Shown here: positions 19,164 through 28,209 of the stretch, in pieces
How positions within the stretch are numbered: position 1 is the stretch's first letter
Layout: every line of letters starts with the position of its first letter
IMG/VR virus record: IMGVR_UViG_3300035670_000119
Coordinates: 21,906 to 85,905 of that record
DNA from: a virus
Direction: 5' to 3' (one strand)
DNA: 64,000 bases
Position numbers and translations under genes: made by a program
Notes under the pieces: generated by a model
What the model was told of the DNA's origin: nothing
Database searches by the model: none
Seen by the model: the letters and a program-made list of their open reading frames with translations, nothing else

Positions 19164-20126
19164 TCACTCCATCACAAACAGTTTGTTTGCAACGACTTGA
19201 GGCTGGGCTTGGTTCAGGAGGCGCCAGGCTTGTGCAGGATCCACATCCATTTGCTGCTTGAAGGAACCCCAGAAGTTTTCAGGTTGCTGAGGAGCGGAAG
19301 CTGCGGGAGGAGCAGGGAACTGTGGCATGTAAGGATTCACAGCCTCAGTGCGGTAACCAGGGGTTTCCAGGTCGGCCTCACTTTCGTACACGGGGTACGG
19401 GCCTTCAGGACCAAAGAACCGCAAAGTGTAATCACTGAGAACGTCAGGGTTCGTCAGGATCTCGTTGTAAGCCAGGTTCTCTTGGTGCTCGTTAACCGCG
19501 AACTCGGCATACCCTTCGATCAGGCCTTTGGCTTGGGTGCCCCAGGCAACAGCACTATCCAGCATGCCTTCCAGTTGGAGGGCATAGTTGTTCAGGATGG
19601 CAGGTGCTTCAACGCCGTACGCGCTTACCACGTGACGGGTTTCTGGACTCCACTGGAGCAGATCCGCTACGTCCCCCAAGGATTGAACCGAGAAGGTTTG
19701 GGAAGAGCTGGGCGAGGATGTCGGGTTGGCTTGCCAGGTCTGCGGAGCCGATTGTTGCGTAGCTGGGCCTACTTGCTGGCCGTAGTTCGCCGGGGCGTAC
19801 TGAGTCGGCGCTACTGATGGTTGACCCTGGAACGGGGATTGAACTGGTGCGCTCAGAAGGCCCACCACTTTGTTGAACGCCGATTCCCACGGATTGCTCT
19901 GAGTCGCCGGTTGGGATTGGGGGGCGTACTGAGTAGGGGCTGATTGGTAGCTGGGGGCTGCCTGCGGTACTGCTTGGGGGTAGCTGGTACCCACCTGATA
20001 CGCCACTGGAGCTGCCTGGTAGCTCGCCGGCGCTTGCGCTGGAGCTGGTGCCACGTAGCTGCTCGGAGCCACCGCTGCCGGAACTTGGCTCGTCTGTGGG
20101 ATCGATTGGACGGTAGCGTCCTGCAT
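19164..20126 (-). CDS. Probable scaffolding protein (Q/P/A-rich N-terminus)
   Basis: Between portal and MCP; AAGGAG SD inside the portal gene. Confidence 0.6.
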   Translation of the reverse strand: MQDATVQSIPQTSQVPAAVAPSSYVAPAPAQAPASYQAAPVAYQVGTSYPQAVPQAAPSYQSAPTQYAPQSQPATQSNPWESAFNKVVGLLSAPVQSPFQGQPSVAPTQYAPANYGQQVGPATQQSAPQTWQANPTSSPSSSQTFSVQSLGDVADLLQWSPETRHVVSAYGVEAPAILNNYALQLEGMLDSAVAWGTQAKGLIEGYAEFAVNEHQENLAYNEILTNPDVLSDYTLRFFGPEGPYPVYESEADLETPGYRTEAVNPYMPQFPAPPAASAPQQPENFWGSFKQQMDVDPAQAWRLLNQAQPQVVANKLFVME

Positions 20127-21873
20127 AACTCATCTCCTTTTGTAAGGCTTCTAAAGTTCGATACAGATATGGGGTTAAATCCAATCTGGGATCCGCAGCC
20201 ATCGGTAGATCCGGTGCTTGCGGGTGAGGAGTCTGCATCATTCCCCCCACTAGTTTCGCGAATTGAGAGTATGCACCCTGCAACTCGTTAACCATCCTGA
20301 ACGGGAACCCAGATAACATCTCGGCTCGTTCCTCATCCGTCTTAGACGGGAAGAGGTATTTCAGTGCTTCAATGCTATCAACACCTAATTCCTGAAGATT
20401 TCGAACAACAATGGAGTTGTTCAAGATATCTTGCGTGGAATCTTCATACACTGGACCAAGCCAGCGCCAAAGTACGGTGAGATCCCCGTCGGGAATAAGA
20501 CCCATGACTCCAGGTGGAATCATTTGGGTCTCTACACATGCCATCATAATTTGTTTCAGTTTCTCGTTGTATTGTTTCAACGCTTCGTCATAAGCAGCTT
20601 GCTCTTCTGGCCTTGCTTCTTTTGGAAGATCTACTGGTTTTTCTAATCCAGCGGCGGCGGCTAGTGTTGTTTTAAACAACTGTTCTTCTTGGTAAATAAT
20701 TAATTCCAAACACCGGCAAATACCATGTGTATAAATTGCGTTTGCTTTTTTCTTTGATGTGGCCGCAACACGTCCGAAGAGTGACTTGTATTCAGTTGCG
20801 GTTACACCTGCAGAGATAGACAGTTCATCTACGCCGCCTAGTGCAGTACGGATTTCTTCGCGATACTGACGCGCAAATGCATTTTGGTCACCAGTAATCG
20901 CATCAGGAACAATGTAACCAACTCGATCGTTTGGTTCCAGGTTTGCAATAATCCGTGGAACACGAATCTGACCATCAATGCTACGGCTGGTGGGATCAGC
21001 CTTGAACATTGACCGACTCATCGGTGAAGGGCTGGCAAAGCCAGAGTTTGCTGCAATAGAAGGACGCTGGATATTAACGTCCCCACCTGCCTCCATTAGG
21101 TCGGTCTTGGGACGAGAGGAAAGAAGCGTGGGATTACCAAAGAACGTAATATTCTTTCGCATCGTACGCATCAATTCATCGTGCGTACAAATGTGATTGG
21201 CCATGGCATCGAATTCGCCAATGCCTTCTGTGGAGAATCCCTGGGGATTGTTAAGAATCTCGACGCAAGGAATAAAGCCTAGGCTATTCTTGAATTCTTT
21301 TGTTGTTCCAGTAACTGCATAGGTAGGCATGTCAAAAGACATTTCGCCATCTGAGTGCGTTTCTTCAATCAGATCCGGACGAATAGAAAGACGGATATAC
21401 CGTTTGGCGCCAGGGCTATACGTACTCTTGGAGCCGGTCAAATTTGTAGTATTAATTTGATCACCAAAGCCCGCTCCACGCCTGACCTTGTAGCTGTAGA
21501 TGATTACGACTTCATCTAGCTCACCGTCAACGTTGTAGTATGTCCTGTACTCGTGCTCGCGGAAGTAATAGAGGCGATAACTGTTTTTAGTTGGGCGGAT
21601 ATAAAACAACCCTTTGCCATCACACAGGAAGTACTCCCAGATAGAATCCAGGCGCGTATCCATCTTGTTGTACTTCAGTACGCGATCAAGAAAGTCCTTG
21701 CGCTGGGCACCAAAATTATCTTGTGCTGGAAAGAACTCAACTCCCTGGCGAATGCCAAAGAGTTTCATTTGTGCAATATGGGACGCGACAATTCCGGTAT
21801 CAACGACAATGTCACTATCCTTGTCAAGGTAGGCATTGACAATTTCTTGAAGCCGGGCTTTAGCGTCTGCCAT
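19609..21873 (-). CDS. Portal protein with low-complexity C-terminal tail
   Basis: Position downstream of TerL; NSLGFIPCVEI..N and ISAG.TATE segments typical of portals. Confidence 0.78.
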   Translation of the reverse strand: MADAKARLQEIVNAYLDKDSDIVVDTGIVASHIAQMKLFGIRQGVEFFPAQDNFGAQRKDFLDRVLKYNKMDTRLDSIWEYFLCDGKGLFYIRPTKNSYRLYYFREHEYRTYYNVDGELDEVVIIYSYKVRRGAGFGDQINTTNLTGSKSTYSPGAKRYIRLSIRPDLIEETHSDGEMSFDMPTYAVTGTTKEFKNSLGFIPCVEILNNPQGFSTEGIGEFDAMANHICTHDELMRTMRKNITFFGNPTLLSSRPKTDLMEAGGDVNIQRPSIAANSGFASPSPMSRSMFKADPTSRSIDGQIRVPRIIANLEPNDRVGYIVPDAITGDQNAFARQYREEIRTALGGVDELSISAGVTATEYKSLFGRVAATSKKKANAIYTHGICRCLELIIYQEEQLFKTTLAAAAGLEKPVDLPKEARPEEQAAYDEALKQYNEKLKQIMMACVETQMIPPGVMGLIPDGDLTVLWRWLGPVYEDSTQDILNNSIVVRNLQELGVDSIEALKYLFPSKTDEERAEMLSGFPFRMVNELQGAYSQFAKLVGGMMQTPHPQAPDLPMAADPRLDLTPYLYRTLEALQKEMSYAGRYRPIDPTDEPSSGSGGSEQLRGTSSSASAGELPGSSSGVSGGYQLPPSSTAGSPQLPISPYSVRPPIPTGDSEQSVGIGVQQSGGPSERTSSIPVPGSTISSADSVRPGELRPASRPSYATIGSADLASQPDILAQLFPNLLGSILGGRSGSAPVESRNPSRGKRVRR

Positions 21874-21910
21874 TATCTTGGTCTTTTGTTGAATACTAAC
21901 AAGTTATTTT

Positions 21911-22432
21911 TTAAATTGCACCTGTACCAAGTTCACCCTGCAATCCAGGTCCTTGATAACGCTCAAAATATGGACGAATACCAGGCATCAAGCCCTCTGG
22001 CACCCCATAGGGCCATCGATAATTACGCAACGGATTGGAACGATTATTCATTGTGTAATTCGTAGGGTCGTATGGCAGAAATTGAGTATCTTGCCGAGTG
22101 CGTACATCTCCCGGAATGTCGCTCATGCCGCCATCGCGATTGCCAATAAGCTGTTTCAAAGTTGGTTTGGAGCCAGAGGCAGGTCTGCTTTGCGCAACTA
22201 ACATTCCACCAACGTTACCAACTCCCGCCGCGGGCAACTGTGGTTGAAGTGGAAAAGTAAATTGTTTTTCCTCGTATTCTTTGGTCTCCTTTCCGGGAAG
22301 AAGGGGTTTATGCCAAGGCTCTCCACCTTGAATCTTAAAACGCGGATCTAAAAGAGGATTGCCACCCGCAACGGCACCTTGATTACCAACAAAACCACCG
22401 TATGTGCCGCCGGGTTGTGTAATGTAACGCAT
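21911..22432 (-). CDS. Hypothetical protein
   Basis: ORF with TAAAAT upstream; ATG 22432 preferred. Confidence 0.6.
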   Translation of the reverse strand: MRYITQPGGTYGGFVGNQGAVAGGNPLLDPRFKIQGGEPWHKPLLPGKETKEYEEKQFTFPLQPQLPAAGVGNVGGMLVAQSRPASGSKPTLKQLIGNRDGGMSDIPGDVRTRQDTQFLPYDPTNYTMNNRSNPLRNYRWPYGVPEGLMPGIRPYFERYQGPGLQGELGTGAI

Positions 22433-22457
22433 CCTTTTATCTATCAATCTTTTTATT

Positions 22458-22640
22458 TTACTCTTCTATAACCTCGTAACCAGCCGCGTCATTCACTTTG
22501 CTAAGAACAATGCCGTTGCTGCGTACGTCCCAGTTGAGAATATCGCCTTCTTGCCAGCCCAAATCTTCAATCACCTCGTCAGGAAGAACAATATACTGGT
22601 CTCCGTTCTCGTCCTCCTGGACCTCAAGGATGTAACTCAT
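22458..22640 (-). CDS. AbrB/MazE/SpoVT-like DNA-binding protein
   Basis: NGDQYIVLPDEVIEDLGWQEGDIL. Confidence 0.8.
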   Translation of the reverse strand: MSYILEVQEDENGDQYIVLPDEVIEDLGWQEGDILNWDVRSNGIVLSKVNDAAGYEVIEE

Positions 22641-22942
22641 TTGCTTGAAAGCATCGTCTCGATTAGTTTATCAAGCTTATTATTAATTTCGCGAAAGTTG
22701 TCTCGCATATCTTGGATTTCTCTTAAGAAATCAACTTTAAGGACATACTCTAGAGGCAAGCGCTTCAGGTCTTCTTCCAAAAGATCGATCCTTCTCTTCT
22801 GTGATCCTATGTAATTGTAGGCCTGTTGCACCTGGTCGTTGTATCGACTTAAGATTTTGGATGCGGCCCAGCCGCCGCCGGTAACAGCCGATATGACGGC
22901 GGTTAAGCCGATGGCTAAGTATTCGGGTCCCACCGCAAACAA
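22637..22942 (-). CDS. Membrane-anchored coiled-coil protein (holin-like?)
   Basis: N-terminal hydrophobic helix, then LPLEYVLKVDF..INNKLDKL coiled coil. Confidence 0.6.
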   Translation of the reverse strand: MFAVGPEYLAIGLTAVISAVTGGGWAASKILSRYNDQVQQAYNYIGSQKRRIDLLEEDLKRLPLEYVLKVDFLREIQDMRDNFREINNKLDKLIETMLSSK

Positions 22943-22964
22943 TGCTTTTTTCTAATTCTAGAGT

Positions 22965-24491
22965 TTAGTAATCAACCTGAAGCTGACCTTTTCGCATTAA
23001 ACCGGTAAGCAAAAACACAAGTGCGTCGACACAGTCATCGTGGCTGCTAACGCCAAAGTTAGTCAACTCCTCAAACATTGAAGTGAAATTGCGGAAGCGA
23101 TTAAAAATAATTTTTCGATCCTCAAACATCCCCATGCAGCCACGGAAACGTGCAAGTTTATCCGCACGGAAACCTTTGACAGCATGCCAATTCAAGTTGT
23201 ACAAACCTTCATTGTTCAAACAGATACGTTTAAAGTCTGCCTCCAGGGAAGCCTGATACGCCACAGCCTCGCTCCAGATATCACAAGTTGAATACGTAGG
23301 AAAGTAATTACCAGAGTCGTCTTTCCCAAGAACAGACCAATCGTTTAACAATTCTTTGAGGGCATCTAGTTTCTCTAGATTACCCATGACACGTAAACGT
23401 CTGTAATCGATGATATGAATTTGATCGCCTATGCGGCCACCAAGAACCATGACCGTGTAATCGTTTTTCTCCTTAGTACCAACAGAGAGATCAACCCCGA
23501 TTCCGAGGGTGTCAAATTCAGTTGAGATTTCAGCCTTAACGATCAGCTCTGGCGCCAGAGACAACTCGTTTTGTCTAACAACCTGATTCATGTACTGGAA
23601 AGAAAAAGCAATAGGAGCTTGCCGCTTTTTTTCCTTTAGATAGTCCAGAGACCACATCTCTGGCCAGTAAGAAATTTCTTCCCCTGTTTTGGGATCATTA
23701 AGAATGGCGGACAAGACAATCTGCTGCCAATTGTTTTGCTCGTTAAAAGTTGTGGAATGAATGTCATCATGGCGAAAGCGTGTGCCAAGGCAAATTGCAC
23801 GTCCTCCCTCGAACATGGTGGGCGCAATCACAGCGTTCCAGTTTTCCTGCATCTGTTTGCGGATATCTGGGTTGGCAATATCAGCGGCAGATTTAATGGC
23901 GTCATCAATCATCACCAGGTGTGAGCGCTTAGAGGTCACAGAACCTTTCAAACCAGCCGCGCAAAGCGTAAACTGTTCTTCACCCGTGGTATCAATGCCA
24001 GCAAACTTGTGATCAATTGACCAGTACTCATTACTGGTTACGTTCTTCAATAGACGTACTTTTGGGAAGACTTCTTGGTATCGTTTGCTTTCGATGATAC
24101 GTTTGATAGTTGCAGATTTAGAACGAGCAATATCAACGGTGTAGGAAAGATAAAGAATTTGAAGTGGTTTTTGAGCATGAGTATGGATGCCAATGGCCCA
24201 AGCTGTCAGCAGACCTAGTACTGTTGACTTAGCGGAACCACGGGGGGCCAAGAGGTCGACGTTAGGTCCAGCAATCTTGATGAGGCAACTACTATCTTCG
24301 TGGGTAACGAAGTGGCGATGCCAATACTTGTGATGCGTGGCGGGAGGCTTATCAGCTACATACTCACAAAAGAAACCAAAATCTTCTCGTGCACGCTCAA
24401 TATTTTCTAAGTTTTTATGTGGTCTAATTTGTTGCTTTTGTGCTGCCGCCCTGGCATTACGTCGATATGCAAGATGTTGGTAAGCAGGCAC
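22965..24491 (-). CDS. terL: Terminase large subunit
   Basis: LAPRGSAKST (Walker A), VMIDD (Walker B), LGTRFRHDD, GVDLS, HDDCVDAL nuclease motifs. Confidence 0.93.
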   Translation of the reverse strand: MPAYQHLAYRRNARAAAQKQQIRPHKNLENIERAREDFGFFCEYVADKPPATHHKYWHRHFVTHEDSSCLIKIAGPNVDLLAPRGSAKSTVLGLLTAWAIGIHTHAQKPLQILYLSYTVDIARSKSATIKRIIESKRYQEVFPKVRLLKNVTSNEYWSIDHKFAGIDTTGEEQFTLCAAGLKGSVTSKRSHLVMIDDAIKSAADIANPDIRKQMQENWNAVIAPTMFEGGRAICLGTRFRHDDIHSTTFNEQNNWQQIVLSAILNDPKTGEEISYWPEMWSLDYLKEKKRQAPIAFSFQYMNQVVRQNELSLAPELIVKAEISTEFDTLGIGVDLSVGTKEKNDYTVMVLGGRIGDQIHIIDYRRLRVMGNLEKLDALKELLNDWSVLGKDDSGNYFPTYSTCDIWSEAVAYQASLEADFKRICLNNEGLYNLNWHAVKGFRADKLARFRGCMGMFEDRKIIFNRFRNFTSMFEELTNFGVSSHDDCVDALVFLLTGLMRKGQLQVDY

Positions 24492-24548
24492 AACAATAGG
24501 TTCAAGTATTACTGAATACTACTTTATTTTTGTTGGGTCTGGTTCTTT

Positions 24549-24863
24549 TTACGTTCTTGATACTGGCGTGCCTTGTCCAAAGCCGCCTTGCGTTTTTCCT
24601 TGTCCGTCATCTTGCTGCCGTCTTTGTTCTTCGCGTTCTTTGTCTTGAAGTGCTCCAGGAGCTGAGGCGGCCTTTTGTTCTTTGTCATTTTTAAGAGCGT
24701 TTAAAACGGCAGCTCCTTGTTTTGCTTCGCCGCCAATGGGAGAACCTTGCAATTCACGTACTCCGCCGAAACGGTTTTTTTGAAGTTGCTGAACAACATT
24801 CATGAGTCCACCAGCGAGACGCGCATCGTTGGCTGGTGGCATCTGTTCGCCGGAAGGTTTCAT
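24549..24863 (-). CDS. Hypothetical protein
   Basis: 104-aa ORF in the late operon. Confidence 0.6.
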   Translation of the reverse strand: MKPSGEQMPPANDARLAGGLMNVVQQLQKNRFGGVRELQGSPIGGEAKQGAAVLNALKNDKEQKAASAPGALQDKEREEQRRQQDDGQGKTQGGFGQGTPVSRT

Positions 24864-24874
24864 GTTCTTATTGT

Positions 24875-25495
24875 TTAGGTTTCGTCATACTGAATTTTAG
24901 CCCATACACTCATTGAAGCTTCTTCCAAGGGCAATTCAATTGGATCATCCTTAAAGCAAGCCATCAACTCACGAATTGCTCTATCCGCACCAGCCATCAA
25001 CAAACCTTTGCGATCGCGGTTTGAAGTGTAGTTTTCAATCTGTGCAATCGTACCGCGCAATTCTTTTTGCATTGCAGCAATACGTGCAACACCTGCATCG
25101 CGTTTTACGAGGCCTTCATCTACATCCTGGCGTAACTTACGAATATCCTCCTGCATCTCATCAATTTCGTAGAGGAGGGTTTTGCGATGATCTGGTTTTG
25201 GATAGTTGGTTTTAAGCCAGAGTTCACACGCAGCAATGCTTCCCTTATAGCCCAGGAAACGAGCATAGAGGAAGCACTCAATGATGGAGTAATTATCGAG
25301 AGAAAAACCGCTAAAAGCTTCTTGTTCAGCAGAGTTTAAATTATCAAACCACTGCTCAAACAGCTTAATATCGATAAGCTCGCTGGGCCTGGTTGTAGTC
25401 TCGGGCTTCGTCAGCTTGACGGAACTGCTGCGATTGTTCAGATGAGGTGCGCTGTTCTTCTGCGCCCTTGCCGATGGTTTCTCGCTCTTGTTCAC
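24875..25495 (-). CDS. Hypothetical helical protein (possible terminase small subunit)
   Basis: Upstream of TerL; GGAGG 6 nt before GTG 25495, inside the upstream gene. Confidence 0.55.
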   Translation of the reverse strand: MNKSEKPSARAQKNSAPHLNNRSSSVKLTKPETTTRPSELIDIKLFEQWFDNLNSAEQEAFSGFSLDNYSIIECFLYARFLGYKGSIAACELWLKTNYPKPDHRKTLLYEIDEMQEDIRKLRQDVDEGLVKRDAGVARIAAMQKELRGTIAQIENYTSNRDRKGLLMAGADRAIRELMACFKDDPIELPLEEASMSVWAKIQYDET

Positions 25496-25613
25496 CAAGA
25501 TCCTCCGCTTTTTTCTTAGAGAAACTATAAGCTACTTCAGCAGCTTGTTTGTATTTATCTAGGTCAAACCAGTCATCAGTATCGGTTTGTCCTGTTGGTA
25601 CGCTGCTAGCCAT
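25365..25613 (-). CDS. Small acidic protein with SVPTGQ-DDxFD leader
   Basis: ORF track; N-terminus paralogous to 25640-25819. Confidence 0.75.
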   Translation of the reverse strand: MASSVPTGQTDTDDWFDLDKYKQAAEVAYSFSKKKAEDLGEQERETIGKGAEEQRTSSEQSQQFRQADEARDYNQAQRAYRY

Positions 25614-25639
25614 AGCTTATAGCTCTAACTTGAAGGGGA

Positions 25640-25819
25640 TCAGAAGTTGCTCATCATGCTGGCAAGACCTTGCGCGTAAATATTACGGCGGCCTTCCAGG
25701 GATTCTTGGCGCTTTTGACGACCTTTTGAACCTTCCAGCTTGTCAAGCAAGGTCTGGAATTTATCGATATCAAAGTAATCGTCGGTAGCACTTTGGCCGG
25801 TAGGGACAGAAGCAGTCAT
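25640..25819 (-). CDS. 59-aa protein MTASVPTGQSATDDYFDIDKFQTLLDKLEGSKGRQKRQESLEGRRNIYAQGLASMMSNF
   Basis: Manual translation (below track cutoff); TAAAAT upstream; paralogous N-terminus. Confidence 0.75.
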   Translation of the reverse strand: MTASVPTGQSATDDYFDIDKFQTLLDKLEGSKGRQKRQESLEGRRNIYAQGLASMMSNF

Positions 25820-25858
25820 GTGAATAACGCATTGGTTATTTACTTATTTTAAACAATA

Positions 25859-26578
25859 TTATCCAAAAGCGGAAGTAAGTAGACCGTACATTGATCCGGC
25901 AAGTTGCATTTTACCGAGAGCTTTGTCTGCTTCCGTTCGAGTTGTCATGGATTTCAGGCTATATTCACCAGTTGTCTTGGCAACGTCACGTGCTGCTAAT
26001 CCTTCAATATCAGCAACACGTTCAAGACCGGCATTAATAATTGGCTGAAGGTCCAGCTTGCCCTTGGTCTCGATCTCGGCTACCCTTTGCCGCCACTCGG
26101 ATTCCCTGTCGGCAGTATACTTGGTGCCTTCTAAACCAAGCTCTGCAACCCTGTTTTGCGCATTTGCGTAAGCATTTGCAACATTAAGGTCACCTTCGTT
26201 TTCGGCGCGCTGAAGATCTACGTTGGCGTTACCAACATTCTGGAAGAGCGTGTTTAGAGTGTTGGTATCAAACTGAATACCATTGATTGTTGCAGAGGTG
26301 GGATTTGGATTGACATTATTGTTGTTATTGTTAGTGTTGGTATTAGTATTGGTGTTGGTCGGCGGCTGCCAGGTAGACGCATAGTTTTGCGCACTAGAGG
26401 CAACCTTGGCGGAGGGCGCCCTTGTCTCAATCCTTGATACAATTGACGTCGGCGTTAAGCCTGTTTTCTTTTCAATTTGCTTGAGTTCGCCAGCGCCAAT
26501 TTTTTTGCCGTAGTCACTGATGTCAATCTTCTTGCCGGCAATTTTAATTGTATCGTTCTTCTTGTCTTTGTTTGCCAT
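25859..26578 (-). CDS. Putative internal virion/ejection protein
   Basis: 239 aa, TN/N-rich linker, helical C-terminal half. Confidence 0.65.
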   Translation of the reverse strand: MANKDKKNDTIKIAGKKIDISDYGKKIGAGELKQIEKKTGLTPTSIVSRIETRAPSAKVASSAQNYASTWQPPTNTNTNTNTNNNNNNVNPNPTSATINGIQFDTNTLNTLFQNVGNANVDLQRAENEGDLNVANAYANAQNRVAELGLEGTKYTADRESEWRQRVAEIETKGKLDLQPIINAGLERVADIEGLAARDVAKTTGEYSLKSMTTRTEADKALGKMQLAGSMYGLLTSAFG

Positions 26579-26588
26579 CGTTTTATAC

Positions 26589-27239
26589 CTAAGCGGTGGG
26601 ATAATTCATTTTATAAGGAGTATACAGATTAAGAATTTCTCCTTTCTCGTTTCTTGCTGACGGCCCGAACATGTAGGAAATCATTTCTTGTTGCGGTGTT
26701 GCAACCAGGCGCCTTGCCAGCATATCTTCTTTTACTTTATTAGCAAACGCTTGGGGACTACGGATATTAGCGGCTTTTGCAAGGCCTGCATAACGCTCAG
26801 CGTCTTCAGGACTCAGGTCAAGACCTTGTTGAAAATATAGGTTTTCAATCTCGCTTTGGTAAGCGGGCTTGCTGTAATCAATAGGTTTCTTGAGACTTTT
26901 TGTTAACGCTTTATCAATAAATTTTGAATTGGAATAGAGGTTTTTATATTTATCAAGGAACTCTTCTGCGCCACCTCGGTTGCCAGAAGCTACGTATTGC
27001 CTAAACTCAGATTTAATTCTTTTCTTGGTACTTTTTGGAGGCTTGATCTGGCTGAGTCCGTATTTCCCAAAGGCTACTTCTTGTTCAGTAGGCTCGTAGG
27101 GTGCGGGGCCACCACCTCCAAAACCGCCTGAGAGAAGACCACCAACGCCGCCAATGATGGAGCCAACCGGACCGAAAACAGAGCCGGTTGCCGCCCCTGA
27201 TAGGCCCCCTCCAAACGCACTTCCAATATCAAAAGCCAT
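26589..27239 (-). CDS. Putative DNA-pilot/ejection protein
   Basis: N-terminal glycine zipper GAATGSVFGPVGSIIGGVGGLLSG. Confidence 0.65.
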   Translation of the reverse strand: MAFDIGSAFGGGLSGAATGSVFGPVGSIIGGVGGLLSGGFGGGGPAPYEPTEQEVAFGKYGLSQIKPPKSTKKRIKSEFRQYVASGNRGGAEEFLDKYKNLYSNSKFIDKALTKSLKKPIDYSKPAYQSEIENLYFQQGLDLSPEDAERYAGLAKAANIRSPQAFANKVKEDMLARRLVATPQQEMISYMFGPSARNEKGEILNLYTPYKMNYPTA

Positions 27240-27279
27240 TTATCTAATAAACCTATTGCTTTATTTTAACCGAAAAGAT

Positions 27280-27729
27280 TTATGAGCCAGCGAAGCCACC
27301 AAAAGCAGTACCGCCGTATTTACCGGCAAGGTCATAGAACCTATTCGCCCTATTTGCTTGTGAATAAAAAGGATCGTTTGCTGTGAATTTAGAAGCCCAA
27401 AGAGGGGCTTCTTTTTGATTAAAAATATCAGTATTCAATGCGTGGTATTGACGACCTGTCGCAGCATCACCAAGAACGCCAGCCGCTTGCTGAAATTGGT
27501 TGTAAGACTGATTGGCATTATTCATGCCCACCATGCTTAAACCAAGGTTGGCAATATTAAGTAAACCCCCGAGTTGACCAGTAGAAAATCCTCCACCTGA
27601 CGAAGATCCTGCAGAAGTCGACGGCGCTGGAGTAAAGGAGCCTGGAGGAGCATATTGCTGCCAACCAGATGCTCCAAATCCTGGCGCAGGAATAAATGAA
27701 CCAGGGGGAGCGTACTGTTGCCAACTCAT
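27280..27729 (-). CDS. Gly-rich putative ejection protein
   Basis: Duplicated SWQQYAPPGSF.PAP N-terminus; hydrophobic Gly-rich helix. Confidence 0.65.
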   Translation of the reverse strand: MSWQQYAPPGSFIPAPGFGASGWQQYAPPGSFTPAPSTSAGSSSGGGFSTGQLGGLLNIANLGLSMVGMNNANQSYNQFQQAAGVLGDAATGRQYHALNTDIFNQKEAPLWASKFTANDPFYSQANRANRFYDLAGKYGGTAFGGFAGS

Positions 27730-27739
27730 TGTTCTACTC

Positions 27740-28198
27740 TTACAGATTGATGTACTGACGGGAAACCAATGCCGGACGCTCGCGTGCCTGGCCGATTAAG
27801 TTAATTGTAGGCTCCGCAAATGTAAATTTCTGCGCCATAGCCTTCTGCCAATTGCCGGGGAGATCCATAAAGCCTTTGAAGACATGGCCTTGCATAGAAC
27901 GTTGTTGAGCTTTATCAAATAAACGTCCCATTGTCCCCTCGTAAATACGGGAGCGCTCTTCCAAGATTCGCGGATCGTTGTTAATGATGTCTTGAAAGAT
28001 CTGTACTTTCAGGGCACGTGACGTCGGATTGTCATCTTTTCCAGAGCCAAACACGTCCTTGAGATCAATACCAAGACGATTTGCTGCGTCTTTATAGATC
28101 TGCGTGTGATCAAGTGTGCCAGCGAGGGGAGGCTCTGTACCTGCTGCAACAGGCTGGGGAGCAAAACCAAAACCACCAAACAGCTGTCCCAGTCTCAT
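27740..28198 (-). CDS. Hypothetical late protein
   Basis: 152-aa ORF, AAGGAG SD. Confidence 0.7.
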   Translation of the reverse strand: MRLGQLFGGFGFAPQPVAAGTEPPLAGTLDHTQIYKDAANRLGIDLKDVFGSGKDDNPTSRALKVQIFQDIINNDPRILEERSRIYEGTMGRLFDKAQQRSMQGHVFKGFMDLPGNWQKAMAQKFTFAEPTINLIGQARERPALVSRQYINL

Positions 28199-28209
28199 TG
28201 TTTTTCTCC

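Noticed and set aside
16616-19817. Long plus-strand ORFs opposite capsid and scaffold genes (e.g. 17288-18298)
   Set aside because: Expected from strong codon bias of highly expressed genes; no protein-like motifs.
26312-26360. TN/N-coding simple repeat as a contingency locus
   Set aside because: Imperfect in-frame low-complexity linker; no phase-variation signature.
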